Source: Candidatus Johnevansia muelleri
GTDB taxonomy: Bacteria > Pseudomonadota > Gammaproteobacteria > Johnevansiales > Johnevansiaceae
Direction: 5' to 3'
NCBI GenBank assembly: GCA_000953435.1
Contig: LM655252.1
Location: 150,001-182,000 of the forward strand
DNA: 32,000 nucleotides
Positions 18,372 through 27,013 of this stretch are shown here, piece by piece. Both the position numbers and the translations under genes were made by a program. Every line of letters begins with the position of its first letter. The first letter of the stretch is position 1. A model generated the notes under the pieces. It was given only the letters and a program-made list of their open reading frames with translations. It did no database searches and was not told where the DNA came from.

Positions 18372-21300
18372 TTGAGAATAAATATGTCGATTATTTTAAA
18401 CAAAAAATATAATCTTAATGAATTAATGCAAAAACTGAGCGAACACTATATAATATCTGAAAATGAATATGTTAAAAAATTAATCAGCATGATTGATATT
18501 TCTCATAAAAATATTAACATAATTAATGCAAAAACTTATGAATTAATATGTAATGTACGTAATACACATTATGCAAGTGATGCAATTGATGAGCTTTTAC
18601 AAGAATATAAATTAGATACATATGAAGGAATTCAGCTAATGTGTATTGCTGAAGCTTTATTACGTATACCAGATAATGCAACTGCTGATGCATTTATTAA
18701 AGATAAACTCTGTGTAGCTGACTGGAAATCGCATTTAGGAAATAGCAAATCTTGGTTAGTAAATGCCGCTACTTGGGGACTTTTTATTACTGGAAGAGTA
18801 GTATATAAATTTAAATATGATCATCCTATAACGTTTATTATTAGTATTGTTAATAAGATAGGAGAATACTTAGTTAGAAAGGCAATGAAACAAGCAATTA
18901 AAATAATAGGCTGGCAATTTGTACAAGGTAGAGATATTAATGAGGCTCTAAACAGATCACAGTCTTTATTTAAAAAAGGTTATACTTATTCTTATGATAT
19001 GCTAGGAGAAGCAGCACTGACAATTAATGATGCAGAACGTTATTTTAATAATTATGTATGCGCAATACGTAGCGTTGGAAAATATTCTAAATTAATATAT
19101 AACAATATACCAGACCCATCAATATCAATTAAACTATCTGCTCTTCATCCCCGGTATAATTTTGCAAATAGGAATAGAGTAATTGTTGAACTAGTAGCTA
19201 CATTTATTGAAATTGTTAAAATTGCTCGTGAACATAACGTTTCAATTACTATCGACGCTGAAGAGGCTGATAGACTAGAATTGTCACTAGAAGTGTTCTA
19301 TGAAGTATATATTTCTGAAATTTGTAAGTATTGGGGGGGATTAGGAATAGTTGTACAAGCTTACTCTAAACGAGCTTTACCTACACTACATTGGTTAACA
19401 CAATTAAGTAATTTATATGATACTCCTATTCCAGTGAGATTAGTTAAGGGTGCTTACTGGGATGCTGAGATTAAATACTCACAACAGCTAGGCCTTGAAG
19501 GATATCCAGTTTTTACAATAAAAGCTTGTACAGACATTTCTTATATAGCATGTGTTACCTATATGCTTTCTAAAAATACTTTAGGAAAAATTTTTCCACA
19601 ATTTGCTACTCATAACGCTCATACAATTAGTACAATTATAAATATAGCAGAATATTCAAATAGAACATTTGAATTTCAGCGATTACATGGTATGGGAGAG
19701 GCTCTATATGACATAGTACTTACTAAATCTCCTGTTGGAACTTATTGTCGTATATATGCCCCTGTAGGTACAAATAAAGATTTGTTACCTTATCTTGTAA
19801 GACGATTATTAGAAAATGGTGCTAACTCTTCGTTCGTACATCAGTTATTTGATCCAAATGTATCTGTTGAATCTATATCTGTGCATCCTTTTGAGATATT
19901 GAAAAAAAAAAAACAATATACTAATGAGAATATTCCTATTCCACAATTAAATTATAATGGTCGCATAACTGCTCATGGTATAAATACTAATATTTCAAGT
20001 CAATATAATGCATTAATAATACAAATTAACCATTTTATATATAAACAATGGGAAGCAATGCCTTTATTAGGTAATAAAAACAAAATAAATAAAGATGCTA
20101 GAATGGTAATGGTGCGTAATAGCTTAGATTATTATAAATTTATTGGTAAAGTATATTTTTCTAGTAAAGAACAAATTATTAATGCAATAGATATAGCTTA
20201 TAATGCTTTTCCTAGGTGGAATAGAACATCTGTAAAAGAAAGGATAAATATAATTGAACGATTTGCTGATGCATTAGAAGCGAATATGCCTGAATTAATA
20301 GCTATTTGTGCATTAGAAGCTGGTAAACATATTGTAGATGGTATAGCCGATATTCGAGAAGCTATTGATTTTTGCAGGTACTATGCCATTATTGCTAGAG
20401 AATTATTAATTAATAAAACACCTTTACCAGGACCAACTGGAGAAATAAATTTTCTTTCATTAGAAGGCAAAGGTGTATTTGCTACTATTAGTCCTTGTAA
20501 CTTTCCAGTAGCGATATTTTGTGGTCAAATAGTAGCTGCTGCTTTAACTGGAAACACAGTAATTGCAAAACCTGCAGAGCAAACTTCTATTATAGCTTAT
20601 CGTAGTATACAACTACTGTATGAATCAGGTATGCCTCGTGACGTAGTACAATTGCTGTTAGGCGATGGATATAGTATTGGTAAGCTATTAACTAGTGATA
20701 CTAGAATTATAGGTATAGCCTTTACTGGATCTAATGAAAACGCAAATTTAATAAATAGTGCTATTGCATTACGTAATAATGCTCATTTGACTACAATCAT
20801 TGCCGAAACTGGTGGGATTAATGCTATGATTGTAGATTCGACTGCACTACTTGAAAAAGTTGTAATTGATGTAATAGAATCAGCATTTAGAAGCTGTTCA
20901 TCGTTACGTATTTTATATTTGCAAGAGGAAATTTATACAAAAATAATAACCCTTATAAAAGGAGCTATGCACGAGTTAATAGTTGGTGATCCAACACAAA
21001 TTAATACAGATGTTGGTCCTGTAATAAATATCAATGTGAGAGATAATTTATTAAAGTATATAGAAAACAGAAAAATTAAAGGAGAATTAATATTCGAAAC
21101 TCCATTTATTGATAATAAACGTAGTGCTTTGATTGCACCAGTAGCAATTATATTTAAAGGACTTACGTCTATTAAACTAGACAACTTTGGACCTATATTA
21201 CATATTGCTACTTTTAAATATAATGATATTGATAGCTTGATATCTAGTATCAATGAGAATGGATATGGTATAACATTCGGGATACATAGTCGTAATGAAA

Positions 21301-21458
21301 AATTAACACAATATATTGTTGACCGCATACAAGTAGGTAATATATACGTTAATAGGAATCTGATAGGTGCATTTGGTGTACGCAAAAGTTCAGGTCCTAA
21401 AGCAGGAGGACATAATTATTTATTAAGATTTGTTAATGAAAAAAAGTATAGTAATTAA
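18372..21458 (+). CDS. putA: Bifunctional proline dehydrogenase / L-glutamate gamma-semialdehyde (P5C) dehydrogenase, short-form PutA without an N-terminal DNA-binding domain
   Basis: The start is TTG 18372, or ATG 18384. PRODH motifs are intact: LMCIAEALLRIPD, YSYDMLGEAA, SIKLSALHPRY, TIDAEEADRLE, VQAYSKRA, VRLVKGAYWD, PQFATHNAHT, FQRLHGMGE and LVRRLLENGANSSFV. The ALDH half is recognisable (AKPAEQTSIIA, FTGSNE, AETGGINAMIVDS) but carries unusual deletions, described in the findings. Confidence 0.9.
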   Translation: MRINMSIILNKKYNLNELMQKLSEHYIISENEYVKKLISMIDISHKNINIINAKTYELICNVRNTHYASDAIDELLQEYKLDTYEGIQLMCIAEALLRIPDNATADAFIKDKLCVADWKSHLGNSKSWLVNAATWGLFITGRVVYKFKYDHPITFIISIVNKIGEYLVRKAMKQAIKIIGWQFVQGRDINEALNRSQSLFKKGYTYSYDMLGEAALTINDAERYFNNYVCAIRSVGKYSKLIYNNIPDPSISIKLSALHPRYNFANRNRVIVELVATFIEIVKIAREHNVSITIDAEEADRLELSLEVFYEVYISEICKYWGGLGIVVQAYSKRALPTLHWLTQLSNLYDTPIPVRLVKGAYWDAEIKYSQQLGLEGYPVFTIKACTDISYIACVTYMLSKNTLGKIFPQFATHNAHTISTIINIAEYSNRTFEFQRLHGMGEALYDIVLTKSPVGTYCRIYAPVGTNKDLLPYLVRRLLENGANSSFVHQLFDPNVSVESISVHPFEILKKKKQYTNENIPIPQLNYNGRITAHGINTNISSQYNALIIQINHFIYKQWEAMPLLGNKNKINKDARMVMVRNSLDYYKFIGKVYFSSKEQIINAIDIAYNAFPRWNRTSVKERINIIERFADALEANMPELIAICALEAGKHIVDGIADIREAIDFCRYYAIIARELLINKTPLPGPTGEINFLSLEGKGVFATISPCNFPVAIFCGQIVAAALTGNTVIAKPAEQTSIIAYRSIQLLYESGMPRDVVQLLLGDGYSIGKLLTSDTRIIGIAFTGSNENANLINSAIALRNNAHLTTIIAETGGINAMIVDSTALLEKVVIDVIESAFRSCSSLRILYLQEEIYTKIITLIKGAMHELIVGDPTQINTDVGPVININVRDNLLKYIENRKIKGELIFETPFIDNKRSALIAPVAIIFKGLTSIKLDNFGPILHIATFKYNDIDSLISSINENGYGITFGIHSRNEKLTQYIVDRIQVGNIYVNRNLIGAFGVRKSSGPKAGGHNYLLRFVNEKKYSN

Positions 21459-21504
21459 TACTGTGTATTATAATGATATATTATTTTTTGTAAAAATGTA
21501 AATT

Positions 21505-22218
21505 TTAAATACGTAAACTATTTTTTCTCAATGCGCACAGAATACTATCGTACCCGTGCTTATCTGTATTATTGTGCGCAGAAAAAATAGCTGAACCAAC
21601 AACACAAATATCAGTACCTGTTTGTGCAACTTTATTAATATTACTTGTTTTAATTCCACCATCTACTTCTATGAGTATTTTATACCCACTTTTATCTATA
21701 ATATTACGTACCTCAGCTATTTTTTTTATAGTACTAGGAATAAATGAATTTCCAGAAAATCCTGGATTTACACTCATTATTAATATTAGATCAACTTTGT
21801 AAAGTACATATTTAAGATAAGAAAGCGGTGTTGCTGGATTAAATGCTAATCCAGCTTCACAACCTCCATCTTTAATTAATGAAATGGATCTATCAATATG
21901 GAGGCTAGCTTCTGGATGAAAAGTTATATATTTAGCACCTGCATTTATAAATTCTGTAATAATACGATCATCTACCGGGCTTACCATTAAATGTACATCA
22001 ATTGGAGCTATAATACCAGTCTTTTGCATATACATATAAATTGATTTACATACCATAGGACCAAATGATATATTCGGTACATAATGATTATCCATAACAT
22101 CAAAATGCACAATATCTGCACCGCTTAAAATAACATCTTCTACCTCTTTACCAAGCTTAGCAAAGTCAGCAGCTAATATTGAAGGCGCTAATTTTAAACA
22201 ATGTAGTGTTTTTTGCAT
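21505..22218 (-). CDS. rpe: Ribulose-phosphate 3-epimerase
   Basis: The ORF has [44 protein letters not shown] and VVGSAIF. It is collinear with E. coli Rpe. Confidence 0.93.
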   Translation of the reverse strand: MQKTLHCLKLAPSILAADFAKLGKEVEDVILSGADIVHFDVMDNHYVPNISFGPMVCKSIYMYMQKTGIIAPIDVHLMVSPVDDRIITEFINAGAKYITFHPEASLHIDRSISLIKDGGCEAGLAFNPATPLSYLKYVLYKVDLILIMSVNPGFSGNSFIPSTIKKIAEVRNIIDKSGYKILIEVDGGIKTSNINKVAQTGTDICVVGSAIFSAHNNTDKHGYDSILCALRKNSLRI

Positions 22219-22291
22219 ATTTTACTATCCTTAATTTTATGATATATGTACTAAACAATTATAATTATATAAATTTAAAGGTTAAATATTA

Positions 22292-23626
22292 ATGAAAAAA
22301 ATATTTATAAAAACGCATGGTTGTCAGATGAATGAGTATGATTCTAAATTTATAGAAAATTTACTTATTGAAACTAATAACTTTGAGTTAACGCTTAATG
22401 AAAATGAAGCAGATATTCTTTTGTTAAATACTTGTTCAATACGAGAAAAAGCGCAAGATAAAGTATTTCATCAATTAGGAAGATGGAAAAAGCTTAAATA
22501 CTATAAACCTAAATTATTAATATGTGTCGTTGGTTGTGTAGCAAGTCAAGAAGGATACAATATTTTAAATAAAGCACCTTATGTAGATATTATTTGTGGG
22601 CCACAAACCATACACCGTATACATAATATGCTGGAAGCTAATAAAATTTTTCCTATAGTAGACATTTCTTTTACAGAACTAGAAAAATTTTCACATTTAC
22701 CATATAATAAAATTTACGCTGCAACAGCATATGTTTCTGTAATGGAAGGTTGTTCTAAATATTGTAGTTTTTGTATAGTTCCATATACTCGCGGAGAAGA
22801 AATTTCACGGTCTTTTGATAGCATTATAACGGAAGTAAAATATCTTGCTAACCAAGGCGTACGTGAAATTACTTTATTAGGCCAAAATGTTAATGCATAT
22901 TGCGTATATAATGAACATGGTCAAAAAATTGATTTATCAAAATTAATTAATTATGTTGCTAATATAAATGGAATTGATAGAATTAGATTTACCACGTCTC
23001 ATCCTATTGAAGTTAATAATAATTTGATAAATGCATTTAATGAAATTCCAGAATTAGTTAGTCATTTTCATTTACCAGTGCAATCTGGTTCAAACGCTAT
23101 ACTTGCAGCAATGAAACGTGGACACACTATAGAAGAATATATATATACGATAGATAAAATTCGTGCTATACGTCAAAATATAAGCTTTTCATCAGATTTT
23201 ATTGTTGGGTTTCCTGGTGAAACAGATTCCGATTTCGAAAAAACTATGTATTTAATTAAGCATATTGGGTTTGATAAATCTTTTAGCTTTATTTACTCTA
23301 AACGTCCTGGAACACCTGCAGCATACCTACAAGATGATATACCAGAACAATTAAAAAAAGAACGTCTCATTAAACTTCAATTACAAATTAATAATCAATC
23401 ACTAATGATATCAAATGCTATGGTTGGTAATATTGAGCGTATTTTAGTTACAGGATTTTCTCCAAAAGATCCTATATTATTATCAGGGCGTACTGAAAAT
23501 AATAGAGTTGTTACTTTTTATGCTAAAAATCCAATAAAATTAATTGGAAATTTTGTTGATGTAAAGATCACAGAGGCATATATACATTCACTAAGAGCAA
23601 AGATCGTTTCTTATGTGGTATATTAA
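22292..23626 (+). CDS. miaB: tRNA-2-methylthio-N6-dimethylallyladenosine synthase (radical SAM methylthiotransferase)
   Basis: The ORF has the N-terminal [12 protein letters not shown], the radical SAM box [15 protein letters not shown] and a C-terminal TRAM region. Length is 444 aa. Confidence 0.95.
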   Translation: MKKIFIKTHGCQMNEYDSKFIENLLIETNNFELTLNENEADILLLNTCSIREKAQDKVFHQLGRWKKLKYYKPKLLICVVGCVASQEGYNILNKAPYVDIICGPQTIHRIHNMLEANKIFPIVDISFTELEKFSHLPYNKIYAATAYVSVMEGCSKYCSFCIVPYTRGEEISRSFDSIITEVKYLANQGVREITLLGQNVNAYCVYNEHGQKIDLSKLINYVANINGIDRIRFTTSHPIEVNNNLINAFNEIPELVSHFHLPVQSGSNAILAAMKRGHTIEEYIYTIDKIRAIRQNISFSSDFIVGFPGETDSDFEKTMYLIKHIGFDKSFSFIYSKRPGTPAAYLQDDIPEQLKKERLIKLQLQINNQSLMISNAMVGNIERILVTGFSPKDPILLSGRTENNRVVTFYAKNPIKLIGNFVDVKITEAYIHSLRAKIVSYVVY

Positions 23627-23653
23627 AATATTTTAACATAAGAAATTATTTAT

Positions 23654-24136
23654 ATGCAATTATATAATAAACTAAATATGCCAATAGTAACTATTCAAAA
23701 GGCTCTTTTAAATTTTAAAGAAATACTTCCAACCAATAAAGCTATTATAAGTTGGGTATGCCTTGTACTAAATACACACCCTAAAGAAAAACGTTATGAA
23801 GTAACTGTACGTTTGGTTGAAGAGAATGAGATTCGTTTATTAAACAGAAAATATAGAGGTAAAAATTCATCAACAAATGTACTTTCATTTCCATTTGTAT
23901 ATAAATGTGGAATTGAAGGTCCTTTTATAGGATATATATTGATTAGTCCTCATGTAGTTGCACGTGAATCAATTAAACAAAATAAATCATTTTTAGCACA
24001 TTTTACTCATATTGTTATTCATGGGAGCTTACATTTACTAAATTATGATCATATTAAAAAATCTGACGCCAATAATATGGAAAAAATGGAATGTAAGCTG
24101 CTTGCAAAATTGGGTATTTCTAATCCATATAGATAA
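23654..24136 (+). CDS. ybeY: Endoribonuclease YbeY (16S rRNA 3'-end maturation)
   Basis: The ORF has YRGKNSSTNVLSFPF and the zinc motif HIVIHGSLHLLNYDH. At 160 aa it is slightly long, so an internal start is possible. Confidence 0.9.
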   Translation: MQLYNKLNMPIVTIQKALLNFKEILPTNKAIISWVCLVLNTHPKEKRYEVTVRLVEENEIRLLNRKYRGKNSSTNVLSFPFVYKCGIEGPFIGYILISPHVVARESIKQNKSFLAHFTHIVIHGSLHLLNYDHIKKSDANNMEKMECKLLAKLGISNPYR

Positions 24137-24144
24137 CTTATATT

Positions 24145-25167
24145 ATGAATATAAATATATTTGATAGTCGTCGTGTTAGCGTAGCACCAATGATGGGATG
24201 CACTAATCGTGACTATCGTGTATTTGCACGTTGTTTAACTCAACATGCACTGTTATATACAGAAATGGTAACCACTAATGCATTACTATATTGTAATAAT
24301 TTAGTGAGAAACAGGTTATTAAACTATAATGTAGTGGAACATCCTTTGGCATTGCAAATAGGAGGGAGTGATGCAGGAGCATTATCTGAATGTGCCGCTA
24401 TGGCGGAATCATGGAAATATGATGAAGTAAATTTAAATGTGGGTTGTCCAAGTAAACGTGTAATGAATAATATGATTGGTGTATGCTTAATGGCTAATCC
24501 CAAATTAGTTGCAAAAGCTATAAAAAAGATGCGTGAATATACTTCATTGCCTATCACAGTAAAGTGCCGTATTGGTATTGAAAATAATCCCGATGTAGAT
24601 CTTACAAATTTCGTTGATATAGTATCAGATGCTGGATGTAGTACATTTATTGTTCATGCACGTAAAGCATTTCTTAATTGTATTTCTCCTAAGGACAACC
24701 GAAATATTCCATATTTAAATTATAAAACTGTTTATAATTTAAAAAAAAAATATCCTAATCTTTATATAGGCATTAATGGGGGGATAAAAACATTATCTGA
24801 ATGTCATAATCACCTTTGTTTTGTAGATAGCGTAATGATAGGTAGAGAAGCTTATAAAAATCCCTATTTTTTATCTAAAATTGATAATATATTTTTCGAT
24901 AAATTGGAAAATATTAATTCACGCTTAGACGTAATTAAAAAATTTCGGCAATACATAGTTCATCGTATTTCAGAAGGAATAAACTTAAACTGTATAACAC
25001 GGCATATTCTGGGTATATTTAGAGGACAGCCTGGTGGAAAAAAATTTCGTGATTTATTAACAAATAACATACATGATAAAAATTATAAATTAAGTATTAT
25101 AATTTTTGATAATGCTATTTCTATGATGCGGGAATACTATAATGAATGTATTAAAGGTGGTAAATAA
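24145..25167 (+). CDS. dusA: tRNA-dihydrouridine(20/20a) synthase
   Basis: The ORF is collinear with E. coli DusA. Matching segments include VAPMMGCTNRDYR, LLYTEMVTT, LQIGGSD, NLNVGCPS (catalytic Cys), HARKA, INGGI and GREAYKNP. Confidence 0.9.
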   Translation: MNINIFDSRRVSVAPMMGCTNRDYRVFARCLTQHALLYTEMVTTNALLYCNNLVRNRLLNYNVVEHPLALQIGGSDAGALSECAAMAESWKYDEVNLNVGCPSKRVMNNMIGVCLMANPKLVAKAIKKMREYTSLPITVKCRIGIENNPDVDLTNFVDIVSDAGCSTFIVHARKAFLNCISPKDNRNIPYLNYKTVYNLKKKYPNLYIGINGGIKTLSECHNHLCFVDSVMIGREAYKNPYFLSKIDNIFFDKLENINSRLDVIKKFRQYIVHRISEGINLNCITRHILGIFRGQPGGKKFRDLLTNNIHDKNYKLSIIIFDNAISMMREYYNECIKGGK

Positions 25168-27002
25168 CGTATTAATCGACCTATAACATTAGATTCTCGG
25201 TAAACACAATTTTTTGCTGCTTTTTCAATAACCAATTTAGAACTAGCTACAATTTCACAAAAATGTTTAGCTCTAGTAACCCCGGTATAAACTAGGTGTC
25301 TATTAATAATTGGGTTATCTTGTAATACAATTAATACACTATTAAAATATGAAAATTGTGATTTATATATTGTCATAGCAAATACAGTTTCTATATAGTG
25401 TAAACTTTTAGTTGTAAAAGATCGAATACCAATATGTGTATCAAAAAATACTCTTAAACTATTACTTTTTTTATCAAACATAAAAATACCAATATCACCA
25501 TTATATAATCCTAATTTATGATTTGGGCGTGTTACTATGACTGGACGGCCAGGAAACCAACCATGCGGGTTAATAATTAACTTTTCGCTATATAGAGCAA
25601 ATGCAATTGCTTTATTAATTTTATAAACCCCCAAATGTCCAAAATTAAAAGCACACAAAATTTTAAAATTACTAAAAGCTTTAATAACTTTAGTAGGATC
25701 ACTACATTGTGCTATTAATTTGAAATATTCTAAATATCCATTTACTGCATGTTTAATAAAAATTTTATATGCTAGTATATTTGGTTCTAATGAAAAAAAA
25801 GCAATATCTTTATAACCATGTGTCCAACAATCACTTATTTTTTTTGTATTCCCGCTATTGATGGCGTTGGATAATGCAAATATTCCACTATTTTCATTAA
25901 AACAATAAATCTTTTTATCTAAATTAAAAAAAACATTATAATTAATTATTTTATTTTTATATATAATATCATTTAATATGGCTCCAGTATCAAATGAATA
26001 TAATTGATCTTTATCTATTATTAAAATTATTCGTGCTGTTTTGGGTATATTTTCTAGTATTGTTTGCATAATGTCTAAATTTATCATTGATGCTTCATAA
26101 ATAAATATAATATCAACAGATAATAAAGTGTCTATTATAATTTTATCCATTATACTATGTAATGTGCTTAATTCAATATTAATGTATTTTATAATGTGAT
26201 TTGTTAATTTTTTAAACATATTAATAGCTTCATATATAATTTTTAAATATTTTCCAATAGGAGGTGTTGTAATAATAATTTTAAAATTATATATATTTAT
26301 AGCATATACGTACTCTTGAATTAATACTAAAAAGCATGTCATCAAACTCTTTGTACCTTGAATTGTATTAACACTAATGATAATTAGCTTCTGTTGTATA
26401 AGCAATTTTAATAATTTATAATTATTTTTAATTTTTAAATTAATTTTGCAGGTTTTATATTTTTGTAGGGATTCATATATCTCTAATAAGTAGTTTAAAA
26501 TATTGTGATCAACTTCATTATAATGTTGTATAAGAAATTTAATTAAATTTTGGGCTATAATACCTTCAATATGCCATAATCTTCTTATATAAAGCCTATT
26601 ACCATCTAGTATCATTGTTATTGCATTTTTTAAAAATATACTGTCATTTATATTTAAATTATCAATGCTTGTAACTAATTGTGAATTTTTAAGACGTATT
26701 TTCCAATGTGTTATTTTATTCAAAGATAAATAATTAAATAAAGTAGAAGGTGGACATATATTAACTACATATGGATAAAAATCCAACGTTTTATTTGGAT
26801 TATTAAGTACATTTTTTAAATTTAAGCAAATATGACCTATACTTAATTGATGACTAACTAATGCTGCTGCTAGAATTACTGCCTCGTCGCATATATTACC
26901 CATAGCAATGCTGCGTAATTTAATAAACTGCGCAAATTGTACATCAATATTACGTAACCAACCAATTTTTAACCATTGATTTAGCACTGTAAATATTTTC
27001 AT
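25137..27002 (-). CDS. recD: Exodeoxyribonuclease V alpha subunit (RecD) with degenerate ATPase motifs
   Basis: This 621-aa ORF is collinear with E. coli RecD. Matching segments are NIDVQFAQF, LAAALVSHQLSIGHICL, ILDGNRLYIRRLW, DKDQLYSFDTGAIL, WFPGRPVIVTRPNHKLGLYNGDIG, AMTIYKSQ and LVYTGVTRAK. It lies directly downstream of recB. Walker A and Walker B deviate; see findings. Confidence 0.85.
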   Translation of the reverse strand: MKIFTVLNQWLKIGWLRNIDVQFAQFIKLRSIAMGNICDEAVILAAALVSHQLSIGHICLNLKNVLNNPNKTLDFYPYVVNICPPSTLFNYLSLNKITHWKIRLKNSQLVTSIDNLNINDSIFLKNAITMILDGNRLYIRRLWHIEGIIAQNLIKFLIQHYNEVDHNILNYLLEIYESLQKYKTCKINLKIKNNYKLLKLLIQQKLIIISVNTIQGTKSLMTCFLVLIQEYVYAINIYNFKIIITTPPIGKYLKIIYEAINMFKKLTNHIIKYINIELSTLHSIMDKIIIDTLLSVDIIFIYEASMINLDIMQTILENIPKTARIILIIDKDQLYSFDTGAILNDIIYKNKIINYNVFFNLDKKIYCFNENSGIFALSNAINSGNTKKISDCWTHGYKDIAFFSLEPNILAYKIFIKHAVNGYLEYFKLIAQCSDPTKVIKAFSNFKILCAFNFGHLGVYKINKAIAFALYSEKLIINPHGWFPGRPVIVTRPNHKLGLYNGDIGIFMFDKKSNSLRVFFDTHIGIRSFTTKSLHYIETVFAMTIYKSQFSYFNSVLIVLQDNPIINRHLVYTGVTRAKHFCEIVASSKLVIEKAAKNCVYRESNVIGRLIRYLPPLIHSL

Positions 27003-27013
27003 ATAAATATTTT

